Source: Alphaproteobacteria bacterium (GTDB taxonomy: Bacteria; Pseudomonadota; Alphaproteobacteria; UBA7887). Taken from it: DNA of 59,835 nucleotides. How positions within the stretch are numbered: the first letter of the stretch is position 1; the number at the start of each line of letters is the position of its first letter. Shown in pieces: positions 44,493-53,193 of the stretch. Location: NCBI GenBank assembly GCA_028289725.1, contig JANQOH010000396.1, positions 1 to 59,835 on the forward strand, in the 5' to 3' direction. Position numbers and translations under genes: made by a program. Below the pieces are notes generated by a model. That model had not been told where the DNA came from, did no database searches, and saw only the letters and a list, made by a program, of their open reading frames with translations.

Positions 44493-45407
44493 ATGATTTG
44501 TCCAGAAGCGTTTGCGTTCAGCGATGATCAGCTCTCGAAGTTCGAGAGCGATGGGTTTGTGGTTCTGGAAAACGTGCTTGATGGCGAGAGCCTTGACGCG
44601 TTGCGCGCCACGTTTCCGCGTATTTTTGCGGGTGACTTCGACACCGGCGTCTATCCCGATGAGTGGCATTGGCGCGAAGGCATGAGCTTGCCCGACGCCA
44701 CGCGGCATATGGGCAATGCGTGGAAATCGGATTTGACCATCGCGAGCTTGGTGCTGTCAGCGGACGTTGCTGCTGCCGCCGCGCGCTTGATGAATTGGCG
44801 TGATATCCGGCTGGGCCAGGACACCATCTGGTGGAAGCCGCCGGCCGCCAAGCCCATCAAGCTCCACCAAGACACATCGTTTCTGGATTTCCTCGACCCG
44901 CCGAAGACCGTGACCTGCTGGGTTACTTTGGACGACACGAAACGCGATGCCGGCACCATCGAATACGTGCCGGGGTCGCATCATTGGCCGGTGGCGCCCC
45001 TGCCGCGCGATTTCCACATCGCCGAGGATTATCGCGCCGGCATGCGGCTTGCCGCCGAAGCCGCCGGCGTCGCAAGACCCGAAACCGTCAAGATCGAGGT
45101 GCCCGCCGGATCGGCTGTGTTCCATGCCGGCGAGATTTGGCACGGGTCCGGTGCGAACCACAGTGACGATCGCACGCGCCGGTCGATCGGCATCCATATG
45201 CTGCGTGGCGATGTGCGTTTCAGCGAAAGACCGGGCGGCTATATCTACCGCCGTTACCAAATTGCGGGCGACCCTGAACTCAAAGAGAGCTTCTTCCCGA
45301 TACTTTGGTCGGCGAACGGCTATCGGACTCCGTGGCTCGATGATTATTGCCGCGTCGGGTTCGCGGCGCGAAACGCCGACCCGTCTTCAGCCGGGCGCGC
45401 CGCGTAG
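44493..45407 (+). CDS. Phytanoyl-CoA dioxygenase (PhyH) family Fe(II)/2-oxoglutarate oxygenase
   Basis: FESDGFVVLENVL..., HQD facial-triad context (IKLHQDTSF), distal HGSGAN and R.S. ATG 44493 is preceded by GGAG. Confidence 0.85.
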   Translation: MICPEAFAFSDDQLSKFESDGFVVLENVLDGESLDALRATFPRIFAGDFDTGVYPDEWHWREGMSLPDATRHMGNAWKSDLTIASLVLSADVAAAAARLMNWRDIRLGQDTIWWKPPAAKPIKLHQDTSFLDFLDPPKTVTCWVTLDDTKRDAGTIEYVPGSHHWPVAPLPRDFHIAEDYRAGMRLAAEAAGVARPETVKIEVPAGSAVFHAGEIWHGSGANHSDDRTRRSIGIHMLRGDVRFSERPGGYIYRRYQIAGDPELKESFFPILWSANGYRTPWLDDYCRVGFAARNADPSSAGRAA

Positions 45408-46241
45408 GTGGTAGGTCGGCATCAGCTCGAAATAAGGCCGAATGACCGGCGAGTCGGAGGCGTGGAAATCGGCGAACGGCCCATCAAACAGAATATGACC
45501 TTCGTGCAACATGATCACGCGAGGCTCCAACCGGCTTAGCAAGTCCTTGTCGTGGGTCACGATCACGCTGGTGCGGGTCGGACGGCCGCGCCCGCGGTCG
45601 GAATGCGCAGTCTGGATCAAATCCTGAATATGCGCCGCGCTGATGGGGTCGAGGCCGCTCGTCGGCTCGTCGTAGAAAATCACGATCGGATCCATGGCGA
45701 GCGCGCGTGCGACGGCTAATCGTTTCGCCATTCCGCCAGACAGACTTCCAGTCGAAGTTTCGAGAAACGCGTCGTCGGACGGCAGATCCACGGCTTCGAG
45801 CACGGAGCGCGCCAGGGGCCGGATGTCTGCGTTTTGCAGATCTCGGACTTCGCGCAGCCAAAGCGCGATATTCTCAAACACGCTGCCGGAGAACAGCGCG
45901 TTGCGCTGAAAAACCACGCCCCAGTGGCTGTGTAAGTGATCTCGATCCTCTTCGCCCAATTTGTCGAGACTGACCAGTGCGCCGGCAGCGTTCGCATGAT
46001 CCGCGACCCAAACGCGTCCGCTATCCGGTGTCAGCAACCCAAGCATTGTATTGAGCAAAACCGTTTTGCCGCTGCCGGAACCGCCAACAATCGCGATTAC
46101 CTCACCACTTGCAATCTCTAGATCGATCCCGCGCAAGACCTTGTTGTCGCCAAATGCGACATGTACGCCTTCAATGCGGAACTCGAGGCTGTGGAGCGTA
46201 TCGATTGCATGTCCATTTCTTCCTTCGGCGGGCTCTGTCAT
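45387..46241 (-). CDS. ABC transporter ATP-binding protein (MlaF/Ttg2A-like), no cognate permease adjacent
   Basis: Walker A GGSGSGKT, signature LSGGMAKRLAVARAL, Walker B VIFYDEPTSGLD. Start placed at ATG 46241. The 3' end overlaps the convergent PhyH gene by 21 nt. Confidence 0.85.
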   Translation of the reverse strand: MTEPAEGRNGHAIDTLHSLEFRIEGVHVAFGDNKVLRGIDLEIASGEVIAIVGGSGSGKTVLLNTMLGLLTPDSGRVWVADHANAAGALVSLDKLGEEDRDHLHSHWGVVFQRNALFSGSVFENIALWLREVRDLQNADIRPLARSVLEAVDLPSDDAFLETSTGSLSGGMAKRLAVARALAMDPIVIFYDEPTSGLDPISAAHIQDLIQTAHSDRGRGRPTRTSVIVTHDKDLLSRLEPRVIMLHEGHILFDGPFADFHASDSPVIRPYFELMPTYHLRGAPG

Positions 46242-46805
46242 ATCAGCTTTCGAAATTGGATTGGACGTCGAGCGGTGATCCACGAAACACGAACCGCAGA
46301 TCGGGGGCAAAGAGTGACGTAGGCCGGTTCGACCCTCGGCCAACACCCGTGCGTAAAAAGGCGTCACGCCACCAATGTGGTGACGCGGTGGAATTTGCGT
46401 CTAGCGTTCGGGCAGGTTTGCGGATTTGGTGCAGCTTGATTCCCCTTTCACGGTACGGTCATTCCGCATGATTGGATCACTCTTAGCGAACCTGTCTTTG
46501 CCGATACATTCGAACACCAATGGCACCCCGATGCATTGATCCAAGTCGCGCATGGGTCGGCGGTCGGATCCGGTTGTTACAACTGGCGCGCGTGCATCAT
46601 GCAACTGCACATCTTGTGTAATAGCAATGGGGCTCGGCGGTTCTATATTTGAGTGGTGGCCACGGGAGGCTCGCTGCTGCCTTTGTGTTGACGGCCAAAA
46701 CGCCGATGCACGGCGATTGGTTCAATTCCGTGAAGGGGCTTTGCGCCGTCGGCCATCGAGCGATCTGCCGGCCCCATTTCCCCTTTTCTCACCGGACCAT
46801 GGGCG

Positions 46806-47276
46806 ATGAGCTGGAAGGAAACCGCCGTCATCGAAGTACCTTCGCCGAACGGCGGAGATGTTGCGCGGCTGGAGCCGGTCGACACGCTTACCTGGGGACC
46901 CATAAAGGCAGAGTGGAGCTTCACGGTCTACCGGCTCAAACTTGGTGAGAAGCGCATTGATGGACTGTACACCGGAGACGCAGTTTGGGACGCCGAGGGA
47001 CGGTATATCGCCGCGGTGCAATGCCGGAACTATGCGCCGGGTAGCAGTGATTGGAACTATGCGCCAGAGGATTGGCAGCCGGAACTGGCCCTAATGGTCA
47101 TCGATCCAGGACGATCGCAAATCGGTTTGGCTGCGCACGATCCCCAATTCGGTTACCAACCGCTGAAATTTGAAGGGACGGCTTTGGTTTACAACAAATC
47201 CAAGCACGGGCCGCTGTCGTCCGTTTTGGAAATGGAAATCGATACGCAGGCGATCAAAAGCTGGGATCCGATTTGA
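46806..47276 (+). CDS. Hypothetical protein (156 aa)
   Basis: Clean ORF whose stop overlaps the next start (TGATG). No family recognised. Confidence 0.5.
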   Translation: MSWKETAVIEVPSPNGGDVARLEPVDTLTWGPIKAEWSFTVYRLKLGEKRIDGLYTGDAVWDAEGRYIAAVQCRNYAPGSSDWNYAPEDWQPELALMVIDPGRSQIGLAAHDPQFGYQPLKFEGTALVYNKSKHGPLSSVLEMEIDTQAIKSWDPI

Positions 47277-47946
47277 TGCCTATTAGTACGGAAGTAATCG
47301 CCGGCGGCATTCGCTCTGAACTTTCGCCCACGCGCGCGATGAGGACTGGCCGGATGGCGGGTCTGCTGTGTCTTGCGATCGGTGTCGGCTGGTTGATCGC
47401 GACGGCCTTCTTGGTTCAGGAGCGGATCAATCGGGACCTTCTCACCATCGACGGCACCATTGCGTCGGTTGATACGGATCGCACGGTGCGTTCTGGTGGG
47501 CGTCCCCTCGTTGCATCGCCTTTCTTGTCCCTCAGCCTGGCCACGCCACGCCACGCTTGGTCGACGGAATGCTGCAACCCGCATTTCGCTTTGAGGTGCC
47601 GATTTGGTCAGGCGAGCTGGCGGAAGACATGGCAGCCAGGCTTTTGCCCGGCGAGCCCATCAGTCTCACGGTTTCCCGCAATCGCCTGGACAGCGCTGTG
47701 GCAAGCCTTCGGTCTCGTCTCGAACTCGAGCGCAGAGGTGGCGTTTACAATCCGGGGCCGTTCGCCAACACCGGTGTTGTCGATGTCGTTTCCATTCGGA
47801 GCGGTGACGGCACGGTCGAAGTAGAGGAAAGCGCACTCGGCGCTATCTCGGGACTGGTCTTGAGTCTTCTTGCAGCGACGCTGTTCAGCGTCGTAGGCGT
47901 GCGGATTCTGCGCCAGACATCCGCGGCGCGCGCCGAGGTGGCATAA
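47276..47946 (+). pseudogene. Membrane protein gene (N- and C-terminal TM helices flanking a soluble domain) interrupted by a frameshift at a (CCACG)3 repeat
   Basis: ORF 47273-47824 is credible only to about nt 47540, and ORF 47557-47946 in the +2 frame carries the rest. Removing one CCACG unit joins them as ...LSLATPRLVDGMLQPAFRFEV.... Confidence 0.5.
47541..47555 (+). repeat. Pentanucleotide tandem repeat (CCACG)x3 at the frameshift point
   Basis: Read directly: ctgg-ccacg-ccacg-ccacg-cttgg. Confidence 0.95.
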
Positions 47947-47954
47947 CAAAAGAA

Positions 47955-48158
47955 TTAGGTTTCGGGGCTATTCCCGTTTTCCAGCCAGGCGGACACAGTA
48001 AGGCGTGCGACATTGGTGGGAACTTCAGGGTGGTAATAAAGATAAACCCTGATGGAGGCTTCGAATGCGGATCTTTCCGGCACCGCGCATTGCCTAAGCT
48101 CACGGTAACTCCGTGACACCGCATCGCGGCACGCACATTCATCCTCCAAATTGCGCAT
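47955..48158 (-). CDS. Possible small protein (67 aa, three Cys), hypothetical
   Basis: ORF in an AT-richer stretch. GGAG lies 10 nt before the second ATG. Downstream of and co-oriented with the 48262-49224 gene. No family recognised. Confidence 0.3.
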   Translation of the reverse strand: MRNLEDECACRDAVSRSYRELRQCAVPERSAFEASIRVYLYYHPEVPTNVARLTVSAWLENGNSPET

Positions 48159-48261
48159 AATTCTCATTCTCCATAGTCAATTTGGGGATTTTTCTATGCT
48201 TCGCGCCAGAATGCAAGAGAGATCGTCTCGAATTCGGCTGGCCTCCCTGCTATGGGGCCTG

Positions 48262-49224
48262 TCATTCCACGACCGCCTCTCCGCCGATCCAAATGGCTTC
48301 CACGAATTCGAACATGGTCGAGCCCTTTTTCGTCACTCTCGGCACCATGTAATCCACGGCGGGGTCGAAGCCGAGTTGAGTTCTCGGAAGCGGCTGTATC
48401 GCCCCGTCCGCGACCGCAAACACAAACTTTCTGAGTTTGGCGCCGTCCGAAGCCCGTGCCACATCCAGCACGTAGGTCCCGTCGACCAGCATTTCGTTCA
48501 TGGTCAGGGGGATGGCATTGGCCGCCTGTTGCTCATCATGAGGCTGATACAAAGTCACCTCGCGGCGCTCAAAATGACCATTCGAGTAGAAGCTCGTTTG
48601 GTTTTTAGAATGGGCGACCAAGGCTCCGTCACGCAGTAAATTCGCGACGAAGTACTCCTGGAATGTGTCTGGTGCCGGCATATCCAATCCGCCCAACCAC
48701 ATCGAGAAAATCGGGATCGGTTCGTCTTTGAATGTGCTCATGGTGATGTGCGCCAATGTGCGCCAATACCCGTCGAACGCATAAGTCTTTTCGGGATCAA
48801 ACGGATCTTCGCCGTCGCCGGTTTGGCGCAGGAGGAAGGGAAACCGGCTTATGGGTTCGTTGTTGAAGACGAAGACCATGGTATAGGTTCCGGGCTCGGT
48901 CAGCTGAACGTCCGCTGGGCCCTGCACCATCATGCGGGCGAAGACGCCTTCGCGAACGCGGTAATCCGGAAAAATATCGTATTGCGCCAGCACATTATTG
49001 TTTGAATCGATCAAACCGACCATGGCGTTGGCCGGACCCTCGGGTGCAAAAGCGAGGTCGTAATTTCCGAAGACGACCAGCCCGTTCGTGTCACCGAAAA
49101 AGCTATCCATCATGGTTTCGAAAATGACCGCCGGCGGGTAATCCTGGGCGACGGCGACCCGTCCCAATGGGATGACGGCGAGCGCGAGCGCCAAGAGCGT
49201 CGCCAGGCGTGAAATCAATTTCAT
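48262..49224 (-). CDS. Secreted/periplasmic hypothetical protein (320 aa)
   Basis: Signal peptide MKLISRLATLLALALAVIPLGRVAVAQ. Composition is consistent with coding. No family recognised. Confidence 0.65.
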   Translation of the reverse strand: MKLISRLATLLALALAVIPLGRVAVAQDYPPAVIFETMMDSFFGDTNGLVVFGNYDLAFAPEGPANAMVGLIDSNNNVLAQYDIFPDYRVREGVFARMMVQGPADVQLTEPGTYTMVFVFNNEPISRFPFLLRQTGDGEDPFDPEKTYAFDGYWRTLAHITMSTFKDEPIPIFSMWLGGLDMPAPDTFQEYFVANLLRDGALVAHSKNQTSFYSNGHFERREVTLYQPHDEQQAANAIPLTMNEMLVDGTYVLDVARASDGAKLRKFVFAVADGAIQPLPRTQLGFDPAVDYMVPRVTKKGSTMFEFVEAIWIGGEAVVE

Positions 49225-49394
49225 GAATGCGTCCCCTGATTAAACCCGTCCAACGTGTGCGAATAATCCAACCGCGATTTCATACTTAGTGCGACGCGAT
49301 CAAACCTGATGAATATCAATGTGATCCATGCGCGGGTCGAGTATGGCATAGCGTCGAATGTTCGGAAACGGCGCCCCGAACACGTCCGAGACCC

Positions 49395-49889
49395 TCAAAG
49401 TGCCCGGTACAAATAAACGCTCGGGACGCCGACGGTGAAACCGACATTCGCGTAGGCACGTCGAGCCGGTGCGTGGCTTGAGTCACCGCCCGTCCCGACT
49501 GTGGCAATCTTCATACCGACATCGCGCATTCGAGACAGCGCGCATTCATACATCCAGCTGCCGATGCCCCGTCCCTGAATTTCTGGATCGACAGCGTTCA
49601 AGTCGATTTCACCGACCTTGGCGTCGCGATCAAACGAGACCGCGCAGAAAGCCACAATCTTCTGGTCCTGTTCGACAACAAGGACGGTGTGGTCCGAGTC
49701 AGCCGAGCAAACGCGGTCAAGGAGTTCCGCCTGCTCCTGTTCCAGCCGGCTGAAAGCATAAGACGCGATGGTCTTGCCGACAATCTGGCGGAATGAGTGG
49801 AACACCGGTTTGAAGGCGGCATGGCGAATCTCTTGCAGACGGGGAAGGTCGGCCGGCGCGAAATCTCGGATTGTCTCGGATCTTTTCAT
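49395..49889 (-). CDS. GNAT family N-acetyltransferase
   Basis: Acetyl-CoA binding motif VDPEIQGRGIGSWMYE and the surrounding GNAT fold pattern. Confidence 0.85.
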   Translation of the reverse strand: MKRSETIRDFAPADLPRLQEIRHAAFKPVFHSFRQIVGKTIASYAFSRLEQEQAELLDRVCSADSDHTVLVVEQDQKIVAFCAVSFDRDAKVGEIDLNAVDPEIQGRGIGSWMYECALSRMRDVGMKIATVGTGGDSSHAPARRAYANVGFTVGVPSVYLYRAL

Positions 49890-50229
49890 AGTTTGGTCCT
49901 CAAAACCCGCCGGAATAGGGAAATTTCTACCCGATCCAAGGCCCGGTTGACGCCCGTGATCTCAGTAGCGTTTATCTGTGAAATGGCGGTGATAACCTAC
50001 AAGGATACACTGGACGGGCTCGCGCACCGTCTCGATGCCGCTTGGGGACCGATTTGATCGTGCCAGCATGTCGTGCTTCGCTGCGAAACGTCAGGGCATA
50101 TGACGGACCAGGTTATAAGGCGAATACAATTGGGTTGGACGTGATCACATTGGACCTCTCCAAATACCAAACGCGGCTGGCATGGAAATTGGCCCCGGTT
50201 TCCTACTTCGAAATCGTCGGGACCGCGCC

Positions 50230-50601
50230 ATGACCCGCGAGGAAATCCTCGCGCAATTGCGTGGCGTCCATTTACCGCCGTCGGCTGTGGATTCCGGCGA
50301 AGTCGTAATCGCCCTGTGGCCGCTTTGGACATTTCTTGCAATCGTTCTTTTGCTCGCCGCCGTCCGCTGGTGGCGCCAGAACACCTGGCGGCGCGAGGCG
50401 CGGGCCGCACTCGGCCAGATCGAGGCGTTGGCGGACCCGATCGCGCGCTGGGACGCGTTGCTCGATTTGTCGATCCGTATTGCGCACGTCCGCGATCGAG
50501 TTGAGCCGCTTCCGGCGCTTGCCTATCGGGCGCCGGAAACCATTGCGGACGATGACACGCGGGCTCTCGCCAAACACATTCGCGATCGGCTCAATAGATG
50601 A
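50230..50601 (+). CDS. DUF4381-like small membrane protein of Bat/MoxR-type operons
   Basis: LRGVHLPP...ALWPLWTFLAIVLLLAAVRWWRQNTWRREA pattern. The stop overlaps the downstream VWA gene. Confidence 0.55.
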   Translation: MTREEILAQLRGVHLPPSAVDSGEVVIALWPLWTFLAIVLLLAAVRWWRQNTWRREARAALGQIEALADPIARWDALLDLSIRIAHVRDRVEPLPALAYRAPETIADDDTRALAKHIRDRLNR

Positions 50602-51533
50602 TTGAGCTTGTCCGACCGTGGGCCTTCCTGCTGCTTCCGCTGCCGTTGCTCGCGTGGTATTTGCTCCGCCCCTTGCCTGCGCGCGCCGCTGTGCGCGTTC
50701 CTGGCGGAATTCGAGACCTGCTATTTGGCATGACCGTGCAGCGGCGGCATGAGGCGCATCATTCGCGGGTCGCGCTCCTGCTTCGCGGTTTGGGATGGTT
50801 CGCGCTGATTGTTGCTTTGGCGGGGCCATACACGCGGGGGCCCGAACTTTCCAAGCCATCCGGGCGCGATTTGATCGTCGCGCTGGATCTGTCATCGAGT
50901 ATGGACGAGAGCGACATGACGCTCGATGGCCAAGAAGTGGCGCGCTATCAAGTCGTGCGCCGCTTTATCGGTGACTTCCTGGCGGCGCGCCGCGGCGATC
51001 GCGCGGCCTTGATCGCTTTTGGACACGAGGCCTATCTCATCGCGCCGCTGACATTCGACACGCGGGCGGTTGCGCGAACGCTCGATGAATTGGTGATTGG
51101 CCTGTCCGGTCATCGCACCGATCTCGGACGCGCCGTGGGCTTGGCGGTGCGGTCGCTTCGCGATGAGCCGAGCGGGTCTCGGGTCTTGGTCATCCTTTCG
51201 GATGGCGAAGACAATACCGGTGAGCTCACCGGTCTCGATGCGGCGCGCATGGCCGCGATGAATGATCTCAAGATTTACACGATCGGGTTCTCGGCCGAAC
51301 TCAATAGCGACGGTGAGAGCATTCTGAGCCAGATTGCCGAGACGACGGGCGGCGCGTTTTATCACGCGGCAAGTGCCGAAGAACTGGTGCGGATTGCGCA
51401 AATGATTTCCGGGTCCGAGCAAATCACTGCTGATGCGGAGGCGGCATTTGTCGTTGAGGACTGGACGCCTGTGCCACTCATTCTGGCGGTGCTGCTGCTT
51501 GCGGGTATCGCAGTGCACAATTCGAGGGAATGA
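50598..51533 (+). CDS. VWA domain protein (BatA-like), membrane anchored
   Basis: Two N-terminal TMs, intact MIDAS motif DLSSSMDESD, VLVILSDGEDNTG, C-terminal TM. Confidence 0.85.
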   Translation: MIELVRPWAFLLLPLPLLAWYLLRPLPARAAVRVPGGIRDLLFGMTVQRRHEAHHSRVALLLRGLGWFALIVALAGPYTRGPELSKPSGRDLIVALDLSSSMDESDMTLDGQEVARYQVVRRFIGDFLAARRGDRAALIAFGHEAYLIAPLTFDTRAVARTLDELVIGLSGHRTDLGRAVGLAVRSLRDEPSGSRVLVILSDGEDNTGELTGLDAARMAAMNDLKIYTIGFSAELNSDGESILSQIAETTGGAFYHAASAEELVRIAQMISGSEQITADAEAAFVVEDWTPVPLILAVLLLAGIAVHNSRE

Positions 51534-52390
51534 TGACGCTCATTTACCCGATGGCCCTTATCGCGCTGATCCCAATGCTGGCCGTGTCGTTCTGGCTGGG
51601 TCGGCGCGTGGCCAGCACAGGCCTGGCTCTGCCTGGTGATTGGCCGAAAGCGATCGCGGTTCCGCTGCGTGCGTTAATGACCCGCGCCGCGATTCGGAGC
51701 ACGACGCCGGATACCTGGCTCGTCACAGCTCTTGCCGTCGTGATCGTTGTCGCGATCGCGCGGCCGACCATTCCTCTCGATCAGAATCAATCCTTCACCA
51801 ACATCGCCGGGCGTGTAATTGCGCTCGATTTGGGGAGCGGCGCCGACATTCACAGCCAGCGCCACGCGGTGCGCACCCTCGTCGCCGACGCGCCGGGTGT
51901 GCCGACGGCCCTCGTCGTGGCGACCGCGGACGCTTACGACGTTGTGCCGCTTACCACCGATGCGGCGTTTATCGAACGGTACCTTAACGTCGTCGCGCCC
52001 GATGTCATGCCGCTCGAGGGTCGCTCCATGGCGGTTGCCCTGACCCACAGCGAAGATGTCTTGGCGCGGGCAAATATTGTGGTGGGGCAGATCATTTTGG
52101 TCAGCGGCGGTGCGGCGCCGGATCCGCACATCCGGCCGGCAACGCAATGGCAAAGAGCGGTGGTCGTGCCGGACCGTGCCGATGGCGATTGGCCCGGCTA
52201 CGCCGACGATATCGATGCGCGCCTCCGCTCCTATGACGACCTTGCCGACATTTCGCGCGAGTTCTTGCGCGCCGTTGAAAAGGTTCGTCTGCATAGCGAC
52301 CCGGAATCTCATATTGAGATGACGCCCTATCTGATCGGCTTGGCCTTGCTGCTATGGGCGGGACTTTTCCGCCGTCGGAGAGCCGTATGA
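51530..52390 (+). CDS. BatB-like membrane protein with degenerate VWA/MIDAS
   Basis: Same TM-VWA-TM layout, but the MIDAS position reads ALDLGSGAD instead of DxSxS. Start and stop overlap the neighbouring genes. Confidence 0.55.
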   Translation: MMTLIYPMALIALIPMLAVSFWLGRRVASTGLALPGDWPKAIAVPLRALMTRAAIRSTTPDTWLVTALAVVIVVAIARPTIPLDQNQSFTNIAGRVIALDLGSGADIHSQRHAVRTLVADAPGVPTALVVATADAYDVVPLTTDAAFIERYLNVVAPDVMPLEGRSMAVALTHSEDVLARANIVVGQIILVSGGAAPDPHIRPATQWQRAVVVPDRADGDWPGYADDIDARLRSYDDLADISREFLRAVEKVRLHSDPESHIEMTPYLIGLALLLWAGLFRRRRAV

Positions 52391-53193
52391 GAGGGCGCCT
52401 AATCGCGCTGGGTGTTGGTCTGCTGATCAGCATCGCGCTGGCTTGGCTGTGGCCGCGCGTGATTGAGCCCCCAACCCGTCATTTCGTCGCCAAATCACTG
52501 CTCGAGGACGGGCGGCCGCAAGATGCGGTTTTATTGTTTGAGGATCGGTTGTGGCGCGGCGTCGCGGAATATGAGTCGGGCCGGTATGCGCGCGCCGCCG
52601 ACGCCTTCTCGCCGGCCGAAACTGTATTGGAGAACTACAATCTAGGCACAGCCTATGCCCAGCTAGGGCAATTGGGCGACGCGATCACGGCCTACCAGCG
52701 TGTTTTGCGGCTGGACCCCAACCATCATGACGCGCGCCACAATCTCGAATTGGTTCTTTTGGCCGCCAACATGGGTGCGCGCGAAGTTTCACCGCCTCAG
52801 ATCGAATTCACGCCGCGCGATGGCGGCGGCGCCGATGGTGGCGACGAAACCGAAAATGAAGGCAAACCGAACCAGCAACCACCCAGTCAATCCGAAACAA
52901 CCAACAACGAGAGCGAAGACGCCACCGATCAGGGTTCCGGGACAGGAAATCTGCCTGGCGACGTGGGCGATGGCGAGGCGCCGGACTCGTCGGAAACGGC
53001 AAAAATCGCCAGCAAACCGCCGGACGCAACCGGCCACGAAACGCCGGAGGGCCGCGGGTCGGTGGATTTGCTGGCACGGGAGAGCACGCAGGCAGCGGAG
53101 ATCCTGCTTCGCTTGATTACCGACGACCCCCACAAAGTCTTGCGCGTTCGACTGCACACCGCCCATCAGAACCGCGGGACACAAGTGCCGTGA
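52387..53193 (+). CDS. TPR-repeat protein (BatC-like) with acidic low-complexity C-terminal half
   Basis: N-terminal TM, TPR units (NLGTAYAQLGQLGDAITAYQRVLRLDPNHHDARHNLE). ATG 52387 overlaps the upstream stop (ATGA). Confidence 0.7.
   Translation: MRGRLIALGVGLLISIALAWLWPRVIEPPTRHFVAKSLLEDGRPQDAVLLFEDRLWRGVAEYESGRYARAADAFSPAETVLENYNLGTAYAQLGQLGDAITAYQRVLRLDPNHHDARHNLELVLLAANMGAREVSPPQIEFTPRDGGGADGGDETENEGKPNQQPPSQSETTNNESEDATDQGSGTGNLPGDVGDGEAPDSSETAKIASKPPDATGHETPEGRGSVDLLARESTQAAEILLRLITDDPHKVLRVRLHTAHQNRGTQVP

Noticed and set aside
46719-46729. GGTTCAATTCC, resembling a tRNA T-loop
   Set aside because: The flanking bases cannot form a 5-bp T-stem, and I could fold no acceptor or anticodon arms. 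It is not a tRNA or tmRNA.
46552-46809. 85-aa ORF, plus 46109-46471 and 46401-46610, in the long spacer upstream of the ABC ATPase
   Set aside because: No SD, odd composition (Cys/Arg-rich) and mutual overlap. The region is left as unexplained non-coding sequence.
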